Assembly: GCA_950097015.1 (NCBI GenBank)
Contig: CATNEN010000025.1
Location: 4,712,001-4,776,000 of the forward strand
DNA from: Macrostomum hystrix
Taxonomy: Eukaryota > Animalia > Platyhelminthes
Direction: 5' to 3'
Length of the DNA stretch: 64,000 bases
This document shows positions 1 to 12,889 of this stretch, piece after piece. The notes beneath the pieces are model-generated. The model made no database searches. It was not told the origin of the DNA and was given only the letters and a program-made list of their open reading frames with translations. Numbering within the stretch: position 1 is the stretch's first letter; the number at the start of each line of letters is the position of its first letter. The translations under genes and the position numbers were made by a program.

Positions 1-466
1 ACATTCACGATGACAGCTAGCTCACCAAATATCCCCAAGACATTCACGGTGACAGCTGGCTCACCTAATATCCCCAAGACATTCACGGTGACAGCTAGCT
101 CACCTAATATCCCCAAGACATTCACGGTGACAGCTAGCTCACCTAATATCCCCAAGACATTCACGGTGACAGCTAGCTCACCTAATATCCCCAAGATATT
201 CACGGTGACAGCTAGCTCACCTAATATCCCCAAGGCATTCACGGTGACAGCTGGCTCACCAAATATCCCCAAGACATTCACGGTGACAGCTGGCTCACCA
301 AATATCCCCAAGACATTCACGGTGACAGCTGGATCACCAAATATCCCCAAGACATTCACGGTGACAGCTGGCTCACCAAATATCCCCAAGACATTCACGG
401 TGACAGCTAGCTCACCTAATATCCCCAAGACATTCACGGTGACAGCTTGCTCACCAAATATCCCCA
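1..466. repeat. 39-bp minisatellite (acattcacggtgacagctagctcaccaaatatccccaag), intronic upstream of MRPS15 last exon
   Basis: About 12 near-identical 39-bp units; ends 11 bp before the atcgcag acceptor at 477. Confidence 0.95.
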
Positions 467-477
467 CCCAATCGCAG

Positions 478-1034
478 TTGTTCGCCTTACCGTGCGAGTT
501 CGAGTCCTTCGCGAGCAGATGAACACGAAGAATTATTACGCCCTGGAGCGCAGCCTGTTGGACATGCTGGATAGGCGCAGGGAGCTGTTGAAAGCTCTGC
601 GCTCGGAGGACTATAATCAATTCTTGCGCCTCACAACCGGCCTGGAGCTAAGCTTCTCACACGAGCCCCGGCCGGGACAGGCGGAGACGCCGAAGCCCGG
701 CTTTCCCAGCCGGCTAGCCGAGACTCGCGACCGCTGCCAGAGCTTGAAGCAGCGCCGGCTAGGTGAACTGGCCCGCCGCACCGAGGCTGCCAAGGCCGAC
801 TTCTTGAAGCGTCGCGAGGCCGCTCTGAAAGACGCAGCTGAGAAGCTGAACAGTTTAGGCCTGTCTCTGGATCAGGTGCTTGACGAGGTCTACGCCGACC
901 GGCGGGCCAGAGCCGAGGCCGACTTGCTTGAGGACCAGCTGCACTGGTTCTATGGCGAACAGCGCGCCCACATCAAGTATGTGGCCAAATTGGCCGAGAA
1001 GGCTAAGGCGGCTCAGACTCGCGGAAAGAAGTGA
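478..1034 (+). CDS. MRPS15: Mitochondrial ribosomal protein S15, last coding exon (upstream exons outside window)
   Basis: Acceptor atcgcag|; VRLTVRVRVLREQM...LDMLDRRRELLKALRSEDYNQF fits the uS15 helix pattern (ALTVKIR...IDQRKKMLKNLR); TGA at 1032-1034 overlaps ATTAAA 1034-1039, followed by a T-rich tract. Confidence 0.8.
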
Positions 1035-1438
1035 TTAAACCTGATTGTACGATTCGTTTTTTTTTTCAAACGGCGCTACTTATAGTAAGTAGTAGTAGGC
1101 TTCTAGAAATATTTTACTTAAATTGTGTCCATCATTGCGTCATTGAGTTAGGTGCATTTGAGTTTGACTCGTTGAAAAAATATATAAACTTGGTTGCACA
1201 AATGTTTTAGTCAGTTTATTGACTTGTTCTGTTAGTGTCTCGTTTAATTCTACACTATGCTTATAGCAGAATGAGTCTTCTGTGTCAGTACTTTATCACT
1301 ACCAAGCCATTTTGCCGCCCGTTTTTATACCAAGGTGGCATTCGCCCCCTGACGATTAGTGCTGCACCCGAACGGAGCAACTTAGGATAATAACGCGGGT
1401 CAAATGTTTTTGCGCATCTTCTGAAACAAGAAACAAGT

Positions 1439-3140
1439 TGTTTGTTGTTGGCGTACGGATCCCTCGCTAGGTATACGGGGAGGGGCGCGCCAGCGCGCCC
1501 GTCGCCTCGACGAAGATCCGCACCCGATTCGGGTCCTCCCACAGGAGGGACATTGAGCCAGAAGAAGGGAGGAGGTTGCAGCGTTGATCGGCCCACCTGG
1601 GGCAGTCGAGCAGGAAGTGCCGCGTGTCCTCCTCGGGAGCATTGCAGTGGGGACAAGACGTAGCGGGTACCTTGCCCTAGCGGTGTAGGGTAGCTTGCAG
1701 GAAAGGCGCGCGGTTCGCCCTGAGTTGGAACAGCGCCACCTCCGCCGCACGAGGCCAGTCACGGCCGACCTGCAGCCGCTTGCCGCCGCTGAGTCGATGT
1801 GGATGGTTCAGAGGGACTAGGTCTTCGTATGCTCGGTCGTCTTCCGCTTGACCTTGCCGCCTGAGAGCAGCTCTGAGCGCCGCGACCGGTGTTCTCTTGC
1901 GGGAGCGTGCAGCCCACACGGGCCAAAATGTCGGCTTCCTCGTTGAGCACAAGCCCGGCGTGGCCTGGCACTCAGATTACAGTGGGCTGGTGGTCCGTGG
2001 CGAGCTGCTCCAGCAGCATGGACGCCTGTGCAGTTGCGTGGTCCGTCTGGCACTTACGCTGTGACTGGAGCCGGTTGAAGAACGCTTGGGAGTGGAACAG
2101 CAGCCAGACGGCCATGCTGTGGCGTCCGTGGAGATTGGCAAAGCCGCAGCGGCCTCCGCGGTCGTTGAGCAGGTTAGGTGCCCCGCTGGGACGCTGCCTC
2201 TGATGTCCCGGCTCCCTGGGGCCCGCTGCCGAATCAGGTAGCCGCCTCCTCCATTACGGATGCCTTCCTCTGCTGCGCCGTCTGTCCAGATCTGCAGGTC
2301 TGGCGGGTCCTCCTGCCTCAGGCGGTCTAGCAGCTCCAGGGCTTTTGTCCTCCCAACAAGTGGTGCCTTGTCGCGGCTGGTTTCGACACGGACGAAGCGG
2401 GTCTGGAGACTACGGGACCAAGGGCGACGAAAGCAGGTGGGGGGATGCTGCCTTCCACCCGCGGCCTCCTCCCACAGTGCTCAGTAGCTCGATGGCCGAC
2501 TCGCGCCAAGAGCTTCGGGTGCCCGCGGTCCTCGCCTTGAGCCCTGTGGGGGTGGCGGACGGGCTGGCCAGATCGCGGAGTAGATGCCCTTCAGAGAACT
2601 GCTGGCAGCGCAAGAGCAGCTCCGCGGCCCTCTGCCGGCAGATGGTGTTAAACGGCTGGAGGCCGGCGTCGCAGATTAGGGCGCGGGCCCGGGCCCCAGC
2701 ACCGACCCCTATGATGATCCTAGCAGCGGCATAGTTGGCGGATTCGAGGCGTTCGAGGTGGGTGGGGGCCAGGAATGGCCACCATAGTTCAGCCCCGTAG
2801 AGCCCTGCCGGACGAACGTAACTGCAGTAGAGGCGGTGTAGAGTCTCAAAGCTCGCACCCCAGGACCGCGCGGCAACGCAGCTTCGCCGGCGACAGCTTG
2901 AAGTGGTGTTCCTCGCACCAGCCGCTCACCGCATCGATCGCGGCCTGCATCTGCACTGTAGCCGTCACCGGGGAGGCGTCTGATGTCTTCACAGTGACGT
3001 CGTCCGCATATTGGGTGGGCCTACAGTTGGATGCCGCCTGCTGAATGGCCCCGGGCAGGGTTCGAGTGGCGATGTTGAAGAGCAGAGGCGAGAGCGGACT
3101 GCCTTGCGGCACGCCTTCTTTCAGGACTCGAAGCCGACTG
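1439..3140 (-). mobile_element. 5'-truncated, internally deleted non-LTR retrotransposon (I/Ingi-like: RT + RNase H + C-terminal CCHC)
   Basis: RT motifs GVPQGSPLSPLLFNI, YADD, SWGAS...YVRP; RNase H TDGA and (W>stop)VPGHAGLVLNEEAD; CPHC...HFLLDC finger; (CAA)n-like tail at 1439-1450; 13-bp TSD acaagaa(a/t)caagt at 1426-1438 and 3141-3153. Confidence 0.9.
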
Positions 3141-4224
3141 ACAAGAATCAAGTCGCCAGCCCTTCAGACCGACGAGATATTCAACGGTTCTGGCGGAAGG
3201 TCAGATTTGAACTGCGACTCAGTGTGGCTTTGCCAGGCCTTAAAACTTTATCAGCATGTCACCCGAATGTGCCTGCACCATCTCCGACTTCATGCACTTA
3301 AGTGGTCACGCACTTATCTCTAGACCTAGCTGCTTTATCTAGATTGCTAATCGTATCGTTTTAGCAAAAGTCACTACGCAATAATTGTTATTACTAGAGT
3401 ACTACGTACTGCTAGTACTAGATTAACCTAGTAATGATTTCTGATTGAATCCCAAGAAATCAAGCAATGGCTAGAAAAGTCAAAGCAATTAAATTGGTTG
3501 ATGAAGAGCGCTACGTTACACTTCTATTTTACATCCTGGCTATGGTTTTTAGTCAAATTTTTACTTTGGCGTAAACATCAAAGTGACAATTTCGCCTGCC
3601 AGACTATTCCCATTCTCCCTTCCCGTTATTTCTGCCAGGAGTTGAAACTGATAGAATGTGGCCTAAAAGGCGTATCGTGTTTCATTCATTCTAGGTGCTG
3701 CTGCTGACTGCTGCTGTTTCCAAGCTAGCCCATCGGTCTATTTTTGTTTGTTTACTCGGCATTTGCTTACTAAACAGTTTATATTTATATCTGCCTCTCT
3801 GCGATAATGACCATCCAAGCTTCATCTGCTAGCTGTGACCTTAGTCTCCTATTCTTTGCCTTTGTAACAGTTTTTTAGCCGCATCCAGACATTTGCAGCC
3901 CTTTGCTTGCGTCTAACAGACCGCTGGAGAGAAGTTGGGGATGCCACTCAAACTTGACCGCACGGTGGCATTTATAGAAATGTTATAGTGCACCAAATGC
4001 GCAATAACTGTGTGCATTGCGCGGTCAAGCAAACTATCTGCCGATTGAATAATGGTATGCGTTTTTGGTACACACTAGTGCCAAGCGCGCAAAATACCAA
4101 GTAATCGGCTTTCCTGCATCAAACCTTGGCTTTTTACTACTTGTTTGGAGCTCTATAGTGCATAATCTTTGTAGGTATCTTTATTTCCTATTTTTATTCC
4201 AGATGCACTAGAGTCTATATGCAT

Positions 4225-5050
4225 ATGCTAAAACTGGAATCGTATCAGGAGCTGAAGCTGGAATCGTATCAGGAGCTGAAGCTGGAATCGTATCAGGAGC
4301 TGAAGCTGGAATCGTACCAGGAGCTGAAGCTGGAATCGTATCAGGAGCTGAAGCTGGAATCGTACCAGGAGCTGAAGCTGGAATCGTATCTGGAGCTGAA
4401 GCTGAAATCGTATCAGGAGCTGAAGCTGGAATCGTATCAGGAGCTGAAGCTGGAATCGTATCAGGAGCTGAAGCTGGAATCGTATCAGGAGCTGAAGCTG
4501 GAATCGTACCAGGAGCTGAAGCTGGAATCGTATCAGGAGCTGAAGCTAGAATCGTATCAGGAGCTGAAGCTGAAATCGTATCAGGAGCTGAAGCTAGAAT
4601 CGTATCAGGAGCTGAAGCTGGAATCGTATCAGGAGCTGAAGCTGGAATCGTATCTGCAGCTGAAGCTGGAATCGTATCTGGAGCTGAAGCTGGAATCGTA
4701 TTAGGAGCTGAAGCTGGAATCGTATCTGGAGCTGAAGCTGGAATCGTACTCGTATCAGGAACTGAAGCTAGAATCGTATCAGGAGCTGAAGCTGAAATCG
4801 TATCAGGAGCTGAAGCTAGAATCGTATCAGGAGCTGAAGCTGGAATCGTATCAGGAGCTGAAGCTGGAATCGTACCAGGAGCTGAAGCTGGAATCGTATC
4901 TGCAGCTGAAGCTGGAATCGTATCTGGAGCTGAAGCTGAAATCGTATCAGGAGCTGAATCTAGAATCGTATCAGGAGCTGAAGCTGGAATCGTATCAGGA
5001 GCTGAAGCTGGAATCGTATCAGGAGCTGAAGCTGGAATCGTACCAGAAGC
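4225..5050. repeat. 24-bp minisatellite (gaatcgtatcaggagctgaagctg)
   Basis: About 34 tandem units; explains ORFs 4208-5206 and 4219-4704. Confidence 0.95.
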
Positions 5051-5102
5051 TGTAGCTAGAATCTTAGCTACTAGAAGCCAAATCTGGAATCGTGGCCCGT
5101 TC

Positions 5103-5132
5103 TGATTGGATGACGGGCGCACTGGCCAATCA
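5103..5132. promoter_or_regulatory. Inverted pair of CCAAT boxes (tgattgg...ccaatca), possible promoter
   Basis: Two NF-Y-type boxes in opposite orientation 16 bp apart; no transcript evidence. Confidence 0.2.
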
Positions 5133-5544
5133 CAGATCTCGCAGAATCGAGTGGACCTCAATAATCTGTCATAAGAATAGGCAGCTAAAAGATGTTGTTT
5201 GACCACTGAGCATCCCAGCTATATTATTTTATTGCTAATTATCTAAAATCGAATCAAATTTACACTTCAAATTTAGCGATTTTTAAACTGCTTTTAAGTC
5301 CGTTTGTAGACTGCAGCAGCAATGCCGGCAACCAATAGCAACAGTTTGACGCTTCTAACTAATCCTCGTGTCTAAGCTAATCGAGCATTTAAAAATTTGC
5401 CTAGAAACAGCTATTGACCAAGGAAATCTGCATTGAGGAGGCGCGAATCGGTTGTAAGTTTGAAATGACTCGTTCTGCCATACTGCATGGGGAGCTTAGC
5501 AATGTGGGTAGGCAGTGTGAAAGGCGTTTGACTTTGCTGAATGA

Positions 5545-7700
5545 AAACACAGATTAGATCTAGAGACTGGAATCCTCATCGCACACAGATTAGATCTAGA
5601 GACTGGAATCCTCATCGCACACAGATTAGATCTAGAGACTGGAATCCTCATCGCACACAGATTAGATCTAGAGACTGGAATCATCATCGCACACAGATTA
5701 GATCTAGAGACTGGAATCCTCATCGCACACAGATTAGATCTAGAGACTGGAATCCTCATCGCACACAGATTAGATCTAGAGACTGGAATCCTCATCGCAC
5801 ACAGATTAGATCTAGAGACTGGAATCCTCATCGCACACAGATTAGATCTAGAGACTGGAATCCTCATCGCACACAGATTAGATCTAGAGACTGGAATCAT
5901 CATCGCACACAGATTAGATCTAGAGACTGGAATCCTCATCGCACACAGATTAGATCTAGAGACTGGAATCATCATCGCACACAGATTAGATCTAGAGACT
6001 GGAATCCTCATCGCACACAGATTGGATCTAGAGACTGGAATCCTCATCGCACACAGATTAGATCTAGAGACTGGAATCCTCATCGCACACAGATTAGATC
6101 TAGAGACTGGAATCCTCATCGCACACAGATTAGATCTAGAGACTGGAATCCTCATCGCACACAGATTAGATCTAGAGACTGGAATCCTCATCGCACACAG
6201 ATTAGATCTAGAGACTGGAATCCTCATCGCACACAGATTAGATCTAGAGACTGGAATCCTCATCGCACACAGATTAGATCTAGAGACTGGAATCCTCATC
6301 GCACACAGATTAGATCTAGAGACTGGAATCCTCATCGCACACAGATTAGATCTAGAGACTGGAATCCTCATCGCACACAGATTAGATCTAGAGACTGGAA
6401 TCCTCATCGCACACAGATTAGATCTAGAGACTGGAATCCTCATCGCACACAGATTAGATCTAGAGACTGGAATCCTCATCGCACACAGATTAGATCTAGA
6501 GACTGGAATCCTCATCGCACACAGATTAGATCTAGAGACTGGAATCATCATCGCACACAGATTAGATCTAGAGACTGGAATCCTCATCGAACACAGATTA
6601 GATCTAGAGACTGGAATCATCATCGCACACAGATTAGATCTAGAGACTGGAATCCTCATCGCACACAGATTAGATCTAGAGACTGGAATCCTCATCGCAC
6701 ACAGATTAGATCTAGAGACTGGAATCATCATCGCACACAGATTAGATCTAGAGACTGGAATCCTCATCGCACACAGATTAGATCTAGAGACTGGAATCCT
6801 CATCGCACACAGATTAGATCTAGAGACTGGAATCCTCATCGCACACAGATTAGATCTAGAGACTGGAATCCTCATCGCACACAGATTAGATCTAGAGACT
6901 GGAATCCTCATCGCACACAGATTAGATCTAGAGACTGGAATCCTCATCGCACACAGATTAGATCTAGAGACTGGAATCCTCATCGCACACAGATTAGATC
7001 TAGAGACTGGAATCCTCATCGCACACAGATTAGATCTAGAGACTGGAATCATCATCGCACACAGATTAGATCTAGAGACTGGAATCATCATCGCACACAG
7101 ATTAGATCTAGAGATTGGAATCATCATCGCACACAGATTAGATCTAGAGACTGGAATCCTCATCGCACACAGATTAGATCTAGAGACTGGAATCATCAAC
7201 GCACACAGATTAGATCTAGAGAATGGAATCCTCATCGCACACAGATTAGATCTAGAGACTGGAATCCTCATCGCACACAGATTGGATCTAGAGACTGGAA
7301 TCCTCATCGCACACAGATTAGATCTAGAGACTGGAATCCTCATCGCACACAGATTAGATCTAGAGACTGGAATCCTCATCGCACACAGATTAGATCTAGA
7401 GACTGGAATCCTCATCGCACACAGATTAGATCTAGAGACTGGAATCCTCATCGCACACAGATTAGATCTAGAGACTGGAATCCTCATCGCACACAGATTA
7501 GATCTAGAGACTGGAATCATCATCGCACACAGATTAGATCTAGAGACTGGAATCCTCATCGCACACAGATTAGATCTAGAGACTGGAATCCTCATCGCAC
7601 ACAGATTAGATCTAGAGACTCGAATCATCATCGCACACAGATTAGATCTAGAGACTGGAATCATCATCGCACACAGATTAGATCTAGAGACTGCAATCAT
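5545..7700. repeat. 36-bp minisatellite (acacagattagatctagagactggaatcctcatcgc)
   Basis: About 60 very homogeneous units; explains the 745/751/565-aa ORFs. Confidence 0.97.
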
Positions 7701-8053
7701 TATTATGTGTGGTGTGTGATGTTGAGTCATCAACGTTACCCAATTTGGAATTTGGTGAAGCTAAGGTGGACCTGTTCGATTATTCATAACTTGTAATTAT
7801 TTTCTTATGTTTGCTCAAACGTGAGGCAAATGGATATTAACAGTTTAGTCGACTTGTGCTCATGGCGCCTATGCATAGTGGACAGAACTTAATCAACTTT
7901 ATTAATTATTTACAGGGACCACGTGAACCGACTTTGATCGAAATTTTTCAAATTAGTCTCAGACAAAGTCTTGGCGCATCGATTTTTTTTAAGAGACATA
8001 AAAAATATTTCATTGCTTCATGTACTCCATTAGACATGAGCACGAGGGCTTAT

Positions 8054-8112
8054 CCAAGGCTCGGTGAGAGTGTACACTGCCTGACGATAAGAAAGTCATG
8101 ACAGATTTATGT
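8054..8112 (+). mobile_element. Fragment of SINE family A (central hairpin region)
   Basis: ccaagg...gtgagagtgtacactgcctgacgataagaaagtca matches the copy at 60585-60950. Confidence 0.65.
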
Positions 8113-8341
8113 ATAATATATTCTATGAGTTTGAGGCCGGTATGAGATTAAGTATAAGTGAAATACCGACGGAAAAAACCATAGATGAACTTCTTTAAAC
8201 TACTTCAATTTTGCGGGATGTATGAAGATAAATCCAGGAGCCAGTGTCTAGACATGTCTATGGTAAAAGTATGCATGTTCTGTTTTTATAAATGAGAAAC
8301 ATCAATGGAGAATGGAGCAACGCTGACGTGTAGGTTTACAC

Positions 8342-9686
8342 GCCAACGCCGGATTGTCAAAGGTTTACACGCCTCACAGTATTCATACAACTGTGGTGAC
8401 GGAGCTTCACTAAGGTGGCTTCAACCTGGAGAGCAACTGTGGTGACGGAGCTTCACTAAGGTGGCTTCAACCTGGAGAGCAACTGTGGTGACGGAGCTTC
8501 ACTAAGGTGGCTTCAACCTGGAGAGCAACTGTGGTGACGGAGCTTCACTAAGGTGGCTTCAACCTGGAGAGCAACTGTGGTGACGGAGCTTCACTAAGGT
8601 GGCTTCAACCTGGAGAGCAACTGTGGTGACGGAGCTTCACTAAGGTGGCTTCAACCTGGAGAGCAACTGTGGTGACGGAGCTTCACTAAGGTGGCTTCAG
8701 CCTGGAGAGCAACTGTGGTGACGGAGCTTCACTAAGGTGGCTTCAACCTGGAGAGCAACTGTGGTGACGGAGCTTCACTAAGGTGGCTTCAACCTGGAGA
8801 GCAACTGTGGTGACGGAGCTTCACTAAGGTGGCTTCAACCTGGAGAGAAACTGTGGTGACGGAGCTTCACTAAGGTGGCTTCAACCTGGAGTGCAACTGT
8901 GGTGACGGATCTTCACTAAGGTGGCTTCAACCTGGAGAGCAACTGTGGTGACGGAGCTTCACTAAGGTGGCTTCAACCTGGAGAGCAACTGTGGTGACGG
9001 AGCTTCACTAAGGTGGCTTCAACCTGGAGAGAAACTGTGGTGACGGAGCTTCACTAAGGTGGCTTCAACCTGGAGAGCAACTGTGGTGACGGAGCTTCAC
9101 TAAGGTGGCTTCAACCTGGAGAGAAACTGTGGTGACGGAGCTTCACTAAGGTGGCTTCAGCCTGGAGAGAAACTGTGGTGACGGAGCTTCACTAAGGTGG
9201 CTTCAACCTGGAGAGCAACTGTGGTGACGGAGCTTCACTAAGGTGGCTTCAGCCTGGAGAGCAACTGTGGTGACGGAGCTTCACTAAGGTGGCTTCAACC
9301 TGGAGAGCAACTGTGGTGACGGAGCTTCACTAAGGTGGCTTCAACCTGGAGAGCAACTGTGGTGACGGAGCTTCACTAAGGTGGCTTCAACCTGGAGAGC
9401 AACTGTGGTGACGGAGCTTCACTAAGGTGGCTTCAATCTGGAGAGTATCGCAAAAGTCACCGGCCACAAGAATGTCGCGTCAGTGCAGCGCTACATCCGC
9501 CGCGGTAGAAAGCGAGACTCCGAAATCACAAAGATGAGTGGCCACTTGACAACAGCTCTGAGCCCTGGTATCGAAGGGCAATCCGAGGTCGCAACGGCGT
9601 CAGGCAGCTCGGTGTATCGGTGTCAGTTTCTGCACAAGGCAACTGTGTCACGTCGGAGTATGTTGGCCGCGGGTCCAAGAGTTTGA
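8342..9686 (+). pseudogene. Crypton/DUF3504-type tyrosine recombinase C-terminal fragment, interrupted by a 46-bp array
   Basis: Collapsing the array to one unit reads ANAGLSKVYTPHSIHTTVVTELH*GGFNLESIAKVTGHKNVASVQRY, i.e. the YT-x-HS-x-R and TGH...Y boxes; catalytic R>H and an in-frame stop. Confidence 0.75.
8389..9446. repeat. 46-bp minisatellite x23 (aactgtggtgacggagcttcactaaggtggcttcaacctggagagc)
   Basis: Unit starts at 8389 and 9401 are 22x46 bp apart. Confidence 0.97.
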
Positions 9687-10999
9687 AGATTCGGGCACAT
9701 GGCGACTCCAACATCGTCGAATTAGTGTTTGAGTGAGACATTGTGTCGCATTTTCTGTCAAGGTAATTAAAATAACTCTGGTGCTCATCAAATTCTGTTC
9801 AATTTGTTAGCTGAATTTTAATTATTTAATCTTTTTTTTCAAATACACCCTACTCTTTTGTTGATTAAATTTTGTTTATTATAAGCTCTGATGTTTATGT
9901 GTGATAAATTAATAGTGTCGTATGTTAAATATATACGAATGACTGGTTTCTGTTTATGCTTTTAGTCTTTGGCTGTTTTGCTAAGTATAGAAACATTGCG
10001 CATTACATTCTTGCACGATTGACATTCCTGCGCGGAGAGCACATGTAAATTCAAGGTGCTTTTACCATAGACACTTGCATTTCTGCACGCATATGGCGAC
10101 TTCCAAAGCATTCTTGCACGCTGGATCAAATAAGAATGCGGTTTCTTAAATCCCGCAAAATAAAAATCTACGTCAAGAACCGTGTGAGCGTGTGCGTGTG
10201 CGTGAGCGATTACAACAGCAATCGACAGCAATAATATTCGATGATGACATTTCAGCCGTACTTTACAACCTTGTCCCGTCGCCTCGATGCAATTTTGTCC
10301 ACACGACAGTCAATCGAACCCCTTACAACATGCGCATTCTCTCAAACTGCGTGGCAAAAGCAGACGCTAACGCACAGGGTGTCTAAAACTACGCGAAAAC
10401 CCCACAGCAAAATGTCACGCTTACATTGCCAAACCGGCTTCCTGCTTCCTGCTTCTTTTTTATCACTCATTTCTTTCAGCTTCTGTGAACAGAAACAGTT
10501 CAAGGCACATTTCTGTTTTTATCTTCTTCTTTTTCATACACTCAGATTCAGCTCCACCTATTTTCCCGGTTGAAAGGACTCAATAGAGAAAGGAAATCTG
10601 GTCAGTTGGGTCGGAATTATCGTAATTATCGAGCTGGCGACCTGCGCTGCTCATTCTCTTCTCCCCAACGAATCGTTCATTTCCACTGCAGCAGTTTCTA
10701 TCACTCTTCCCCAGCCTCTCATGGGAGAATGATGGCTTTCGTCGATCGTGGGCTAGTGAACTGGTCCAACAAACCGCAGATTCATCCCACTCCACCTACA
10801 CAGCTTGGACTAGTAGACCTTTAATCTTTGAGCAATTCAGTTGCTGGGATCCGGGATAAAACTATTGACCGGTTGATGCTGCGCGGATTCTGGCCGACCC
10901 AAACCCCCCACGCCCCTAGACACGCAAGCAGGTTTTGTCCCTCTGCCTCTCAGTCTCGACTGTGTTTTCAACACTGCTAGTGTCTATGGCAGTTATTCT

Positions 11000-12145
11000 G
11001 TCCCATCTCTAACAGATTCTGTCCCATCTCTAACAGATTCTCTCCCATCTCTAACTGATTCTGTCCGATCTCTAACAGATTCTGTCCCATCTCTAACTGA
11101 TTCTGTCTCATCTCTACCAAATTCTGTCCCATCTCTAACAGATTATGTCCCATCTCTAACTGATTCTGTCCCATCTCTAACAGATTCTGTCCCATCACTA
11201 ACAGATTCTGTCCCATCTCTAACAGATTCTGTCCGATCTCTAACAGATTCTGTCACATCTCTAACAGATTCTGTCACATCTCTAACAGATTCTGTCACAT
11301 CTCTAACAGATTCTGTCACATCTCTAACAGATTCTGTCACATCTCTAACAGATTCTGTCACATCTCTAACAGATTCTGTCACATCTCTAACAGATTCTGT
11401 CACATCTCTACCAAATTCTGTCCCATCTCTAACTGATTCTGTCCCATCTCTAACTGATTCTGTCTCATCTCTACCAAATTCTGTCCCATCTCTTACTGAT
11501 TCTGTCCCATCTCTAACTGATTCTTTCCGATCTCTAACAGATTCTGTCCCATCACTAACAGATTCTGTCACATCTCTAACAGATTCTGTCCCATCTCTAA
11601 CATATTCTGTCCCACCTCTAACTGATTCTGTCCCATCTCTAACAGATTCTGTCCCATCTCTAACTGATTCTGTCCCATCTCTAACAGATTCTGTCCCATC
11701 ACTAACAGATTCTGTCCCATCTCTAACAGATTCTGTCCGATCTCTAACAGATTCTGTCACATCTCTAACAGATTCTGTCACATCTCTAACAGATTCTGTC
11801 ACATCTCTAACAGATTCTGTCCCATCTCTAACAGATTCTGTCCCATCTCTAACAGATTCTGTCCCATCTCTAACTGATTCGGTCTCATCTCTACCAGATT
11901 CTGTCCCATCTCTAACAGATTCTGTCCCACCTCTAACTGATTCTGTCCAATCACTAACAGATTCTGTCCCATCACTAACAGATTCTGTCCCATCACTAAC
12001 AGATTCTGTCCCATCACTAACAGATTCTGTCCCACCTCTAACTGATTCTGTCCCATCACTAACAGATTCTGTCCCATCACTAACAGATTCTGTCCCATCA
12101 CTAACAGATTCTGTCCCATCACTAACAGATTCTGTCCCATCTCGA
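11000..12145. repeat. 21-bp minisatellite (tctgtcccatctctaacagat)
   Basis: About 54 units with variants. Confidence 0.95.
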
Positions 12146-12889
12146 ACAGATTTTCATATCTTAGAGTGGTTTTCCCGGCTGAGCAAATAATTGAGTCGCC
12201 CGCTGCTCCTCCTGCCGCGCATTTGATCCCAACTCGCCTCGCCCTTGCCTGCCTCCCGTTTCGGCTCAAAATGAAGATTGCATTGAAATAAAACTGAAAT
12301 CTAGGGACGACTGCGAAAGTCAGACGCTGACAGAGGCATTGGGAGAGAGAGCGTGGGATCAGAGGGGCGAACATTGTGAGGAGGTCCGCAGGAGGTGAGG
12401 AGATGAGACCGACTGGGGGTTCAACCAGAAATCGATTTTCTCTCCCCCTTTCTCATTCCCCGCCGCGCCGAGGTCCCCAGTTGACGGCGATTGGGAATTC
12501 TGGCCTCTCCGCCCAAATCTCCCAGTCCTTTGAGTTGAGGACTGGGCCGAGCGAGTGTTGTGCTCGGCGTGGCTTGAGCCAGAGCCGCAGTCCCAATGTG
12601 TAATTATATTTGGCTAGCGATGCCTTCATTATCCTGAGCCTAAATTTCTGGACTTGCGAGTTCTGTTGCGCCCTTGTATTGGCGGACGAAGTGGAAACGG
12701 ACCAAGGATTTGGTTAATATGGGTGTGGGGCGCAGGTTTCAGATTGGGCCAATGCATGCTTAGCCAGGTTTCTTTATCATTTCGTGTTTTGTGCGGCTTT
12801 TGTAATGCGAGTTGCAGTGTGCGCGTCTGTCTCTCTCTCGGTGTGCTATGAAAGCACTGTTTGAGACCTGGATTCCCTAGTTGCTAGGG

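Noticed and set aside
1270-1425. Cystine-knot-like fragment (FIPRW...CC...ITRVKCFC) in + frame upstream of the LINE
   Set aside because: In-frame stop, too few cysteines, no signal peptide; resemblance is likely chance
4208-7796. Long ORFs of 332-751 aa (also at 48395-50230, 55075-56094, 56806-57789, 61869-63999 and in other arrays)
   Set aside because: Pure translations of tandem arrays, open in several frames and both strands, mostly intronic; no evidence of coding function
5545-9446. CRISPR-like regular repeats (36 bp and 46 bp)
   Set aside because: Units are contiguous with no unique spacers, there are no cas genes, and the context is eukaryotic
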